From the IMG/VR virus record IMGVR_UViG_3300049718_000055, positions 1 through 64,000 of that record: a DNA stretch of 64,000 bases. One strand, 5' to 3'. Positions 28,838 to 39,682 of the stretch are shown here, piece after piece (positions within the stretch are counted from its first letter, which is position 1; each line of letters opens with the position of its first letter). This DNA is from a virus. The position numbers and the translations under genes were made by a program. Below the pieces are notes generated by a model. That model searched no databases. It worked only from the letters and a program-made list of their open reading frames with translations, and had not been told where the DNA came from.

Positions 28838-31800
28838 CTACTTCGGGGGTGGTTGGATCTTCTTCGTGCCGGACCATTCGTTTACCTTCGGGATCGTCCC
28901 AAGAGGCCATGCAATCCGCTTCGCCTCTTTTGCTGATTCCTTTTCCAGATTCTTCCCGAACTTCTTTACCGTGGGGTTCTTCAATTTGCTGGTGTCATCT
29001 GCGGCTTTGGGAACAGTCGAACCGGCCATGAAAATATCCTTGTAGATGCTTCCCACCAAACGATCCAATTCGTCGGTTGCCATGTACCCCATCATCTTAT
29101 ACAGCTTCTTCTCTTCTCCCTCTGCGGCCATCATGCCAATATCTGTCCACATCTTCATTCTGTCGTTCGCCATGCCGATGAAGAGGCTATCCAGACAGAT
29201 TTTAAGGGCTCCGGACCATGGATGCTTCTCTAAGTCCCTGTAATCTTCCAGTAAATTATCCCAACTGTCCCTCGTGTGAGATTGTCCCGTTGCTCCCTCA
29301 AATGCTTTCTGAGCCCCGTGCTTCACTCCCGCCTTCAGATTCATTAAGGCAAATCCAGCGGCCGGATAAAGCAAGAAAAACGGCAACAGTGGTCTGAAGT
29401 TGCGATGATGGAATACCTCATCAAAATACCATTCCTTGATCCCCGAATAACTCTTGATCTGGAATGACTGAAGGTTGTAAGCTGCGTGTGCTACGGCATG
29501 GAGATTCTTTTCCGCATCTCCAAGACCTTCAGACATACTCAGTTTTGCCATTCTCGGCATCTGTTCCGGCTGCTCTGTGAATGCAACTTTGTTGGCAAAC
29601 ACCCTTTCGGCCTTCCACTTCGATTCTTCGTCCCAGCGGTTGTTTGCCACGGCCTTATTGATCTCGTCGTCGCTCAATAGCATACGATCTTTCAATAAAC
29701 GCCTTGAAGTCTCTGCCCGCTTTCCCCCAGCTTTCAAATCGCTGAGAACGTCAAGGTCCATCCATGCCCAAGCAATCTCTCCAACGGTAGCCCGCTGCCA
29801 GTTGTAAACATCGCTAAATCCTGTTGCTTTTAGCATTTCCTTGGCTACACCAAAGTTCTTTCCTTCAATCAGCGCAGGATTCATTCTCGGCGTTACAACC
29901 CCGACATAAAACTTTTCACGCATTCTCTCCTTCGGATGACGAAACATCCTATAATTTCCGACAAACCACGGCTTGAGACCGAGTTGTCCGGCATGAACAT
30001 TGTGGAATGCAACCGAGATCGGAGACAGGCTCATCTTCGTGATGACCTCGAAAGGCTGCATGAACCGATACATTCTTCCAACCCTTGTGTTCCAGTCTTG
30101 ATACTCAAAATACAGCTTCAAGTTTTCTGTCAAATCTTTTCTCAATGCAGAACTAGGAACGTCGGCAATCAAACTGCCAACCTTGCCCATGTCGTGACCG
30201 AGCGTGGACTCTAACGCTACTGCGCTTCCAAGCTGGTCGAAATACTTATTCAATGCCCAAATATCTTTCTTATAGAACGGATGATTAACCGTCCTTTTCG
30301 TGGTTACATTCGGGTTTCTAGGACGCTTCAAGCGGCGCTCACGGTCTCTGCTTAACTCCCCAAGCCAACGATGCGCATCTCCCGTTCCTACTTTCAATCT
30401 CTGTCTCTCCTTTTCGAGATAGCGCAACTTTGCTACATCGTCGAGAGTTTTATCGTCGCAAACTTCCGAAAGAGTCCTTATCTCTCCTGTCTCCGAGTCC
30501 GTCAATTCCATGTCCCAGTCTGTTTCATGGGGCATATAATGCGGGTTGTTTGGAACATCATATATGCTGCCGTCTTCCCGATGTACACCTTCTTTAGTTG
30601 CCAACTCGTTCGCTTCATCCATCAACAGACGCAATTCCTCTGCGGCTTTGTTGATACGAGGATCGTTCGATGCTACACGCCCCTCTTTAACATCCCACAC
30701 TTCGCGTACATCGTCATGACCCGGCCTACGCAGCCACTCCTTAACCTTCCCTTCCACTGGACCGTCTGAATTCCATTCCAATTTGTTCTCTTTGAAAATA
30801 TCAATCAAACGCATCTGGAAGTTTCCAGAGATTCCCATTTGTTTCTGCTGATAGTCGTCAAGTTTGTCAAAAACCGCTCCGGTCTTTTCTAAGTACCCGC
30901 TCTTTCTCGATACGCCCAAAGCCCTCATCCTGAAGTTCATGCCAAGAGTACGCTTCTGATAGTTTGCATATTCCTTGTCAAACCAGCGCCTCACCTTGTC
31001 TTGCATACCGATTTTTCTAGCCGCATTGATAGCAGGAATCCTGATCTTTTCTTTGATTCTCTGACCGAAAGTAGGCTCTTCCGACTCTCCAAGCCTGCGC
31101 TCTTCAAGGCCGCTCGTGTCTCTGCCAAGCATCTTCTTTGCATGATAGAGAGGGCCAGACCACTCGCCCGTTTCGGGATCATAGGTAAAACCGTGACTCT
31201 GAAGTTCGCCCTTCATTGCGTAGCTTCCAGCTTCGGCAGGGTCAATGCCCTCTGGGGTTATACCGGCCACTTCTGAGGCGTGTGCAGCCCCAAGAGCGAT
31301 GGTTTCCTTTGGGATGTCTGGATTCTTCGCCGCGGACTCGGCTATGTCGTTGATTGCCTTTTCCGCTTTCACGTTCGTCGGAGGCGGAGTAAAGGCTCTT
31401 TCCTTGTCCTGGTACATATTGGTCCAGTCCGCCCCCTCCTGAGCCCCAGTCCTCAAGCCCTTGTTCATTGCCTCCGATGCCGGCGGAATCTGGATTGCAT
31501 CCCAACTGTCGATTCCTACCACTCTGCCGGCGTGACGCACTCCAAAGTCTGCGGCCTTGACCTCGATTTCGTTGCCGTTCGCAAAATTCAATGTGTCCTG
31601 CTCGGCCCGCGTCCTCTCCACGTCGCTGTAGTTCTCCATTGCCGTAGCAAGAGAGTCCTTTATGCCATGCACGGCCGCACGAATAGACCGCATCCTCGGA
31701 GCCACAAGTTCCTTCATAATCCTGACCTGCGGCGCCGCGTCGGTCCCAAGGAAAACTACATGGACATCGGACTTGGTTCCGTCTCTCCACGGCCTGCCAA

Positions 31801-34800
31801 GGGTCTGCTCTAACAGCACTCCAGAGTAAGGCGGTCCCAACACATACATCAATCTCGGCTTGTCACCTTTCGTGTCGTTCCAGTCGCTTCCGATACCTCC
31901 AGCCGGGATGCTCAGGTAGGCCATCGGAAGTTTCCCGTCTTGGAAGTCTTTTCGCACCTTTTCACGCCCGGTATCCGACTGGTTGACGCCGCTGTAGTTT
32001 CCAATCTTATCCCCGAATTCTGCCTGCAACGCATCGAAGACGTTCGGAAGTCTTGGAAGCAATCGGCTAAACTGGCCGTTCATGGCGTCATCCATCTGCT
32101 GAAATGCAGTTGGTTCACCGCTTCTCTCTTTCCTGAACAAGTCCTCATCTGTGGTCGGAGACGCGATGATTATGCTGTACCCCTTCTCTATGTCCCTCTT
32201 TGCCATTTCAATGACATTAGGAATCATTTCGCGCTCAAGAAACGCCTTCGTGAACTGCGCTTCGTATGCGGAAATACTTTTTGGAGATAGCCCCTCGGTA
32301 AGTTTTGTACGTGTCCGCGCTCTTTCCATCAGACCGGAAATCGTGTCAAGGCCGCGCTTCATGGCGCTTGTCATCGGCACAAATCCAAAGTGGACATTGA
32401 ACCCCTCGTAGGAGAGAGTCTGCGATACCATCTGGCCGCGTTGGATCAACTGCTGGCGCAACTTTGCCATCTTTACAGGATCGAGTTCGGCTACCAGCGT
32501 CTTGTCTTTGTAGTAAGTCTTGAAATTGCTCTTCAGGAATTCCTCGTATCCGCCCTTCTTCCAGAGTCCTAACTTCTCAAGGTATCCAACCTCCAGCGGA
32601 GTGTGGAATGGAGTTGCGCTCATGTACACGCCCTTCTTGGCGTTTTGCATGATCGCCATGAGCATTTGACCTTGGCTCATGCCCTTCTTATTCTCTGCTT
32701 TCTTGAACCAGTTCCTTGCCTCTCCTGCCTCATCCGCAATCACCATATCCCACTTGATGTTCTGGTACACGGGGTTTCTTAGAGCCGTCTGATAGCTCAC
32801 TCCATACGTTCCGTTCTCGATTCCAAATTTTGGAGTATCGAGACTGAGGTCAACGCCAAATGCTTTTGCCGGTTCATCTGCGGTTTTCTCCAATAATGGA
32901 CGGTTGCGGGTTATGTATAGGGTCAACGGCTTATCGCCGGCCTCTCGGTCTCGTCCAAACTCGCTGATAATCCCCATCGCTGTCCAGGTCTTGCCCGTTC
33001 CTGTTCCGCTGGCAACCAACGCTCCGTCGCCGCGCTGCAATGCCGACATAACGATCTGTACCGTAGGTGCCTGACCGGGATGCTTGTCTTCGTCGAGAAT
33101 CCTTGCCGTCCGCTCAGTAATAGCCCAGATCGGAAGAGGAGACTCTGTAGACATCCCCGCTTTGCCAGTCCGCTTCTTCCACGATTCTTCCGTTTCAGGG
33201 GCATCGTCCGCCGTCTTGCCGACAACCGGATCGTTCGTCTCCCTCAACGGAAGCATTCTGATCGGCTCAACGCGGTCTACACCGAATCCTCGTATGGCGG
33301 GACTTCCTCCGGCTCCGTCATGTCGTGGCATCCCCAACTCGGTTTTGCCAGAAACTCTGTCAACTGTTGGAGGTCTTTGAATTCCAGCAGCCTCATGAGT
33401 TCCTTCTCGTACTCGGTTGGCTCTCTCATTTTTTCTTTCCTCCATCACCTTATGCGCTAACTCAGGATCGGTCTTCGGAGCACGTTCTTCCGTTCCGTAT
33501 TCCGCTGCGATTTTGTTTTCAAGGTCGTCAATCTGCATCTGCAAAAACTGCTTGTCGAGAATCTTGTGGCGCGGCAATGCGGAAAGTTCTCTCTTCAATT
33601 GGTTTCGACGTGCTCCCATCTCTCCGCGAGTTTCAGGCTGTGATTCTTGGAACATGACGGTCGGCGGAACATTCCCTTTAGTGTTGAACTTTACACCCCA
33701 ATTGCCATCGTCCATCTCTATCAACTGCGCTGCATCAGCCTGAATTCCCGACGATCCATACCTCGTCTCTCGGCCTATAGGAGTGAAAGCCATAACAGCC
33801 TTCGCGTAATCGTCAAACGCAAAAACTACGGTTTTACCTGGGATGTTCTTTACATCCTTCGCGCCTTCGTGAGTACGGGCCTCAATCACCCCTTTCACAT
33901 CACGGCGGACAAAGATTGCCCCTGTATCTTTTCTTGCTTGCTCAATCGGATCTACAACATCCGAAGGATTCTTTATCCTCTTCTTGGCTTTTTCAGCCGC
34001 TTCGGTTTCGGTCAGAAACTCATCTGCCGGGTCCATGCCCGTAACATGGTAGATGCGGTCTAGTGTCTCCTTGGCATCGTCCGTCACTCTAAACGGACGA
34101 AGCGGGTCTTCACGCCACTTCTTGTAGACCTGCTGGAATATCTCCTTCAACTTCGCAAGAATCTTCCCGGTCTCAGCAGAGAACAACTTTGGATTCTCGT
34201 CGCGGTTATATTTCTCAATACCCCCAATAGCTCTTTCGCTGAATTCTTCAAGAACTTTCCCAACTAAATCTGCCCTGCTTTTTCCATCCCAAAGCGCCTT
34301 CGTCGGTCCCGTGATCGTATTCAAGGCGCGAAGGTCTTCATCGCTCAAAAAAGGCAAGAATGCGTGCCATAGTTCATGCGTGACAGTCGTCTTGTCAGCC
34401 TTCTCGTGGAGATACACACGCGATGTTTTACCGATTTCGTCCCACTCGGTTCGTCCCCTGCCTCTCTCGAAGTATTTGTCGCGCTCTATGCTGCTGAGAA
34501 TCTTTTTCCTCTCAAGAACCCACTTCAGAGCGTCTTTGCGTTCAACCCCCTCCGGTTTCTCAAACTCCCAAATTGCCTCTGAAACCAGATGGAAGTTCTT
34601 CATGTGCCATTTTGCGTTTTCCTTCGTTGATTCATCAGCGTAGACAAACGTCTTCAATCCTTCGTAATCAACATAGCCCTGCTCGCGCACTTGATTGAGC
34701 AACACATCCTTGGCAACTTCTTTTTCGCTACGAGTCTTCGGCGGCGGCTTGATTCCCTTTTCCGTTTCGGCCTTCGGTTCGGCTGGTGGCTCGATTCCAA

Positions 34801-37800
34801 TTTTTGGAATCTCTTCTGCTTTTACCTCTGGCTGCGGTTCTGGCTTCTTCTCCTCTTTAGGAGCCTCATAACGGTTTTGCAGAGCCGCTTCAAATTCCTC
34901 CTGCGTTACCGGCTCAAACTTCTTCCCCTGTGATTTTGCGATCTTCTCCAACTCTGGACGAAAAGCAACATTGAAATAGTCCGCGGCGGTGTGGAGTTCT
35001 TGCCCTTCTACTTTCGGAGCAAACAACATTTCCATCCCCGGCTCACCAACAATCATGTCATTCAAGGCGCCATTGAGACGTGTCGTTTTTGAATCAAGAA
35101 GAGCGACATAGACAGCTTGCGTAACGCGGCTCGGCTCGTCTGGTTTACCTAAGAAGAAATCTCCGTTCCCATAGACGTGATTCCATGCCGGTATCGGCTT
35201 GTCGCCTTCTCTCCTGAATCTTCGAGTCTTTGCCGCCGCCGAAACAGCCTCAGTAACTTTCTCTGTGAGACCTGGATAATAAGCTCTCAGTGCTGTTACC
35301 GATCCAATTGCCTTTGTCAGAGAGGATTCTGCATCAGTTCCGCTTATCAGCCGCACAGACTCTACATCTAGAATATGAGATCCGACAAGAGCGAGAACAA
35401 ACTTATCCTTCCCCGCCTTGTTGAGAGTGGCATCCTCCCCAACGCTATCGAACCATGCCGCATTTTCGGTAGGTGGAATATGGAAATACTCTCTAGCTTT
35501 TTTGGCAAACCAATACGGATCATCGTCAATCGCCGCTCTTACGGTCGAGATGTCGTTGCCAGCTATTTTACTGGCAATCTCACTTAGGATTCCATCCTTC
35601 CCATCCAAACGCTCTTGATGGTCGGCATCGGAAAGTAGTTTCCCGTTGCTTAACGCCTCTACGTTTTCTCCTACCTGGGCGGAACTGCGGTCGTTGAATA
35701 ATCTTCCAATTCTAGCCGCTTCACCCACGGTGTCTATCGGCTTATCCAAGACCCGTACAGGGATGTAGGTTCTTCCATCATCGGGAACGTGTTTAATACC
35801 TACCTTAGCGGAGAACTTTGCTACGGCATCATTGAAAACAATCATTTCCGCATCGCGGGCCTTCGTATCCCCCATCCGAGAAATGTTCTCAAGCCACTTC
35901 TTGAGCCGTAGAAGTCTTGTGTTCCCTCCAATTACACGGCCATACGAATCGAGAATCGCTGGACCATTCTCCGGCCCATATCCTGTATCAAAATAAAGCC
36001 GATGCGTGAAGTTTTCAGGCTGAGCTTCCCCTAAGACATCTTTCGTCCGATTCTCATCGAAATCTCTGTACTGCATTTCCTTTGGAACATACTCTTCGTT
36101 GTCCTCCAGATTGTTTCCATTCCACCTGTGAGAGACAATAGGAGCTTCAATGTCCATAAGAGCGTACTGCCCCGGGTGAGATTCCTTCCCTTTGTTGACC
36201 TGGGTAGGATCGCCACGACGGGCTATAAGAATTCCCCCTCCACTTGGATAATCGCCCTTACCTGCGGCTTTCCCTACCGCATCCGCGGTTTGCTGCACTG
36301 CACGATGAAGCGTGTCCGTTGCCTCTTTTACGGCTTGTGCCCTCTTGTCAATATCCTGTTCCGTAGTGCCGGCGTTGACATCAAACGCATCACCTATCGA
36401 CCGAACAACCTCAGCAACAGCGGCCTCCTGCCGACCCTCTGCCGCCTGAACGTACTCCTTTGCCTCTTCCGCGTTACGAGGTTCCGGCGCGGGACTTCCC
36501 GCCCTGTCATTGACCCCTTGAGTCGCTTGCCGATTGTTCTCAACCCACACGGATTTAGATGCGGCCTCCGCTAACTGCTCCGGCTTATTGAAAACGATGC
36601 TGTCTCCCTTGCCAACAATCCTGCGCACTACATCGCTTGGGTTTAAGGGATTGAGGTCGTGCTGTGCGCCTCCAGAGGAAAGATACAAGTCTCCGTTTTT
36701 CCTCTCGCTTACGGTCCAAGTGCGCCCCTTCCAGTTAGCGTCTTGAACTGTGTTCCCCGGCTGCAACTGAGCGATCCTCGCCAGAGGATCTTCGCTGCCA
36801 GAGAGTTTCTGACGAACCAATGCTTCGACCGGAACACCTTCCCTGTCGGCTACCTCTTGAAGTCTTCCGGCCGCATATTCAGGATTGCTTGCCCAACCAG
36901 CGTCTCCGACCTGGGTGAGAAGATTTATAAGTGACTGCTCGGTGTCTGGCGCCGGACCCTGCTCTCCCTCTTGCGGATTTGTGCGCTCTGCGCGGCTCTG
37001 CCGGCGCCGGTTCGAGTAATCCCTCACACGCGCCAGTTTCTCTTCAGGAATAGGCTCTGCCCCTGTCGCCAGCAACTCTTGGTCAATCGAAGCAACCGCC
37101 CGCTGTGCGTCCCTGTCCCGCTCTTCCCGAGACAACCTTTCTTCTCTTGTCATCTCCCCGTAGCGGATACGTCCATAAGCCGCTAAATTCATTGCCAGAT
37201 TAGAGTAAATTCCATCCTTCTTCAAAGGAATTTTTTGTCCATCTGGACCATGAAGAAGCCCGTCGGCCCCAAGTTCCCAAACATTGCCTCTGCGGTCAAC
37301 AATCCTGTCTCCAGACCGCGTGAGCATATTCAGGTTTTCGTTGGTCAGATCCCATGCAGACGCTTCAGCCTGGGAGAGAGTCGCATCTTTCTTCTCGTAG
37401 TCCACTCCAGACTTTTCAAAGGCTTCATCGAATTCGTGGTTGAATTGCTCTCTTCCATTTGCGAACGGACCTTCTACGCCCTCACCACGAGCAGCGTCAT
37501 GCTCGTCTGGTAGACGCTCATCACCGCCAATCCCGGTCATGTCTTGAGCGTGGCGAGAATCAATTTCCTTCGCAATCAACTGCTCTGTGACATTTCCTAG
37601 ATGATCTTCCTTTGCGGCATCTTCGGCTGTTGTGGTCCTGAGAGCTTGAATCTTGGCAAGCGTTCTCGCCGACTCCTCATCCTCAACACTCGCGGCCGTC
37701 TCTGCTGATCCGAAGTACCCTGTGGAATTTAGATACTGCTTCTCCCCTGTTTCCTCGTCTTGGACATAAACCCCAAACCCGCTGCCGACTGGCTCGACGC

Positions 37801-39682
37801 CGATATACGCTTTCTGCTCAAGACGGGTTACGGGGCCATAAACCTCTTCGCCATCAACAACCGTCTTCGGAATTACTTCCGTGGCTTGTGGGCGCGGAGT
37901 CTCTTTCTCACGCTCCTCTCTAGCCTTTACGTTCCGCTGCCTTGCGGCCTCGTTGTCGGAAATGATTTTCTCGCGCTTTACTGTCTCCGCCTTTTTGTTC
38001 TCCTCTACGGCTTTGCGGATTGACTCCTGAACCGCGCTCTCATGCTGCCTTGCAACAAGCTCTTCCCGGTCTGCATGGATTTTCCTTACAGCCCGTTCCG
38101 CCGCAATCGGATTCCAGGATTCTCTTAATGCTGTGCTGTGACGATATTGAATCCGTTTCAGGTTTCTTTCGTCTGCCTTCCCTATGAGATCATGCGCTCT
38201 CTGGAAATAAGGGTCATCGTTCCATACCTTGTCGAGTACAATCGACTGCTCTTGCGGAGTTTTTAATTGCCCAAATTTCTTCCCGTCAAATAGTTCCTTA
38301 GAGGCATCATCAAGATGGCTCGTGACTACCGCCTTGGCAGCATCTTCTTTAATTCCATGCGCCAGCATTGCAAGATTGCCAAGACCGGAAAGGCCAAATT
38401 CAAGCGTTTCTGAAATATCCCCCTTCTTTGCCGCTTCCATTGTCTGCTGATAGTCCTGCCCTACTCCAGCGGCCATCTGAATCTTGAAGCCATAATCAGC
38501 AAGAGTGGAGACGGTTCTGACTGTTCTCGCAACAGCAATAGGAGCTTCCCATCCCATTTGTTCTGGAAGGCTTGCGCCCCGTGAGGCCACGATAATAGCC
38601 ACCATTGCAGGATTGGTTAGAGTTTCCCCAAGCCGCATCGAGGCATTTGAAATTCCGGCATTACCTTTTGCTACTATTCCTTTCCACTTACTTGTCTCTC
38701 CAACCCTGTCGGCCCATGTATTGTTTTTTGCCCTGATAAGGTCTGTGTCCCCTCCTTCAATACCTACGGATTTTGATGCGAGAGAGACTAGGTTGGGATG
38801 CTCCGCGTGTGGCTCTGGAATGCCCAGCAGTCTAGCGGTATTCGCTATTCCTCCCTTGATTTCATCCCACCAATTTCCGCCGGCAACTTCGAGCCTCTTC
38901 GTTGCTCTGGCAAGATCGGTAAGTCCTGCGTATTCCTGCTTTCGCTCCTCATTCCACCCTTGCTCACTGGCATAGGCATACCCTTCAGCATAGTGCTTCG
39001 CATACTCCTCTGGGGTAGAAAATGAGTGATACGCTATCTCCGCCGGGTCCGCAATTGTACGAGAGGTGTCAAAGCGATGATTTTTAAGGTCTGATTCTTC
39101 TTTTGCCTTGTGATCTTGCGCCCTCTTCAATGCGCTCTGGTATACGCCTCCCTGCTCATCTGGCGTGAGGGTTTTCTTCTCTGCATCTTCCCACTGCAAA
39201 GACATAGCATATTCTTCACCCCTTGCGGGATTTAGATGATGCAGTTGCACACCATCCCTGTATCGGCTGACTCTTTCAATTGCCCTGTCTTTGCTTTGCC
39301 CTTCGTTTATAGTGCGGGCATAGATTCTCTGCTCGGGTGTCATCCACGAATCGTCATACGTTCCGCTCTGCATACTGCGGGCATTTTCCGATTCGACTGA
39401 CGAAGGCCCAATTGTCGCATGGTGAGGGCCGGCGCCTGTCGCTTGGAGAATCTTTTCCTGTGGGGTCTGAACAGCGGTTGCACCGTGCTTTTCAGCCAGT
39501 GCCGCGAAGTCTGTCTTTGGGGTCTTACTTACATTTTGAATAACAGGTTGGGCAGCTTGAGACTTCGACGAACCTCCAAATTGCTTGGCGAGACTCTGGT
39601 AATCGACGTTTGGGCCTTCCTTCTTTTGCCCAACTACGCCACCAAATTGTCCTGCGAGTTTTTCATAATCAGTCGGCATCAC
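28838..39682 (-). CDS. Giant polyvalent internal virion protein (DarB-like): ParB-like domain, zincin motif, Strawberry-notch-type SF2 helicase
   Basis: GPAIL...IGGNTR; TTVTHELWH; GTGTGKT, DEAG, SATPF, AGGIG, EQTLGRPWR. Confidence 0.8.
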   Translation of the reverse strand: MMPTDYEKLAGQFGGVVGQKKEGPNVDYQSLAKQFGGSSKSQAAQPVIQNVSKTPKTDFAALAEKHGATAVQTPQEKILQATGAGPHHATIGPSSVESENARSMQSGTYDDSWMTPEQRIYARTINEGQSKDRAIERVSRYRDGVQLHHLNPARGEEYAMSLQWEDAEKKTLTPDEQGGVYQSALKRAQDHKAKEESDLKNHRFDTSRTIADPAEIAYHSFSTPEEYAKHYAEGYAYASEQGWNEERKQEYAGLTDLARATKRLEVAGGNWWDEIKGGIANTARLLGIPEPHAEHPNLVSLASKSVGIEGGDTDLIRAKNNTWADRVGETSKWKGIVAKGNAGISNASMRLGETLTNPAMVAIIVASRGASLPEQMGWEAPIAVARTVRTVSTLADYGFKIQMAAGVGQDYQQTMEAAKKGDISETLEFGLSGLGNLAMLAHGIKEDAAKAVVTSHLDDASKELFDGKKFGQLKTPQEQSIVLDKVWNDDPYFQRAHDLIGKADERNLKRIQYRHSTALRESWNPIAAERAVRKIHADREELVARQHESAVQESIRKAVEENKKAETVKREKIISDNEAARQRNVKAREEREKETPRPQATEVIPKTVVDGEEVYGPVTRLEQKAYIGVEPVGSGFGVYVQDEETGEKQYLNSTGYFGSAETAASVEDEESARTLAKIQALRTTTAEDAAKEDHLGNVTEQLIAKEIDSRHAQDMTGIGGDERLPDEHDAARGEGVEGPFANGREQFNHEFDEAFEKSGVDYEKKDATLSQAEASAWDLTNENLNMLTRSGDRIVDRRGNVWELGADGLLHGPDGQKIPLKKDGIYSNLAMNLAAYGRIRYGEMTREERLSREERDRDAQRAVASIDQELLATGAEPIPEEKLARVRDYSNRRRQSRAERTNPQEGEQGPAPDTEQSLINLLTQVGDAGWASNPEYAAGRLQEVADREGVPVEALVRQKLSGSEDPLARIAQLQPGNTVQDANWKGRTWTVSERKNGDLYLSSGGAQHDLNPLNPSDVVRRIVGKGDSIVFNKPEQLAEAASKSVWVENNRQATQGVNDRAGSPAPEPRNAEEAKEYVQAAEGRQEAAVAEVVRSIGDAFDVNAGTTEQDIDKRAQAVKEATDTLHRAVQQTADAVGKAAGKGDYPSGGGILIARRGDPTQVNKGKESHPGQYALMDIEAPIVSHRWNGNNLEDNEEYVPKEMQYRDFDENRTKDVLGEAQPENFTHRLYFDTGYGPENGPAILDSYGRVIGGNTRLLRLKKWLENISRMGDTKARDAEMIVFNDAVAKFSAKVGIKHVPDDGRTYIPVRVLDKPIDTVGEAARIGRLFNDRSSAQVGENVEALSNGKLLSDADHQERLDGKDGILSEIASKIAGNDISTVRAAIDDDPYWFAKKAREYFHIPPTENAAWFDSVGEDATLNKAGKDKFVLALVGSHILDVESVRLISGTDAESSLTKAIGSVTALRAYYPGLTEKVTEAVSAAAKTRRFRREGDKPIPAWNHVYGNGDFFLGKPDEPSRVTQAVYVALLDSKTTRLNGALNDMIVGEPGMEMLFAPKVEGQELHTAADYFNVAFRPELEKIAKSQGKKFEPVTQEEFEAALQNRYEAPKEEKKPEPQPEVKAEEIPKIGIEPPAEPKAETEKGIKPPPKTRSEKEVAKDVLLNQVREQGYVDYEGLKTFVYADESTKENAKWHMKNFHLVSEAIWEFEKPEGVERKDALKWVLERKKILSSIERDKYFERGRGRTEWDEIGKTSRVYLHEKADKTTVTHELWHAFLPFLSDEDLRALNTITGPTKALWDGKSRADLVGKVLEEFSERAIGGIEKYNRDENPKLFSAETGKILAKLKEIFQQVYKKWREDPLRPFRVTDDAKETLDRIYHVTGMDPADEFLTETEAAEKAKKRIKNPSDVVDPIEQARKDTGAIFVRRDVKGVIEARTHEGAKDVKNIPGKTVVFAFDDYAKAVMAFTPIGRETRYGSSGIQADAAQLIEMDDGNWGVKFNTKGNVPPTVMFQESQPETRGEMGARRNQLKRELSALPRHKILDKQFLQMQIDDLENKIAAEYGTEERAPKTDPELAHKVMEERKNERANRVREGTHEAAGIQRPPTVDRVSGKTELGMPRHDGAGGSPAIRGFGVDRVEPIRMLPLRETNDPVVGKTADDAPETEESWKKRTGKAGMSTESPLPIWAITERTARILDEDKHPGQAPTVQIVMSALQRGDGALVASGTGTGKTWTAMGIISEFGRDREAGDKPLTLYITRNRPLLEKTADEPAKAFGVDLSLDTPKFGIENGTYGVSYQTALRNPVYQNIKWDMVIADEAGEARNWFKKAENKKGMSQGQMLMAIMQNAKKGVYMSATPFHTPLEVGYLEKLGLWKKGGYEEFLKSNFKTYYKDKTLVAELDPVKMAKLRQQLIQRGQMVSQTLSYEGFNVHFGFVPMTSAMKRGLDTISGLMERARTRTKLTEGLSPKSISAYEAQFTKAFLEREMIPNVIEMAKRDIEKGYSIIIASPTTDEDLFRKERSGEPTAFQQMDDAMNGQFSRLLPRLPNVFDALQAEFGDKIGNYSGVNQSDTGREKVRKDFQDGKLPMAYLSIPAGGIGSDWNDTKGDKPRLMYVLGPPYSGVLLEQTLGRPWRDGTKSDVHVVFLGTDAAPQVRIMKELVAPRMRSIRAAVHGIKDSLATAMENYSDVERTRAEQDTLNFANGNEIEVKAADFGVRHAGRVVGIDSWDAIQIPPASEAMNKGLRTGAQEGADWTNMYQDKERAFTPPPTNVKAEKAINDIAESAAKNPDIPKETIALGAAHASEVAGITPEGIDPAEAGSYAMKGELQSHGFTYDPETGEWSGPLYHAKKMLGRDTSGLEERRLGESEEPTFGQRIKEKIRIPAINAARKIGMQDKVRRWFDKEYANYQKRTLGMNFRMRALGVSRKSGYLEKTGAVFDKLDDYQQKQMGISGNFQMRLIDIFKENKLEWNSDGPVEGKVKEWLRRPGHDDVREVWDVKEGRVASNDPRINKAAEELRLLMDEANELATKEGVHREDGSIYDVPNNPHYMPHETDWDMELTDSETGEIRTLSEVCDDKTLDDVAKLRYLEKERQRLKVGTGDAHRWLGELSRDRERRLKRPRNPNVTTKRTVNHPFYKKDIWALNKYFDQLGSAVALESTLGHDMGKVGSLIADVPSSALRKDLTENLKLYFEYQDWNTRVGRMYRFMQPFEVITKMSLSPISVAFHNVHAGQLGLKPWFVGNYRMFRHPKERMREKFYVGVVTPRMNPALIEGKNFGVAKEMLKATGFSDVYNWQRATVGEIAWAWMDLDVLSDLKAGGKRAETSRRLLKDRMLLSDDEINKAVANNRWDEESKWKAERVFANKVAFTEQPEQMPRMAKLSMSEGLGDAEKNLHAVAHAAYNLQSFQIKSYSGIKEWYFDEVFHHRNFRPLLPFFLLYPAAGFALMNLKAGVKHGAQKAFEGATGQSHTRDSWDNLLEDYRDLEKHPWSGALKICLDSLFIGMANDRMKMWTDIGMMAAEGEEKKLYKMMGYMATDELDRLVGSIYKDIFMAGSTVPKAADDTSKLKNPTVKKFGKNLEKESAKEAKRIAWPLGTIPKVNEWSGTKKIQPPPK

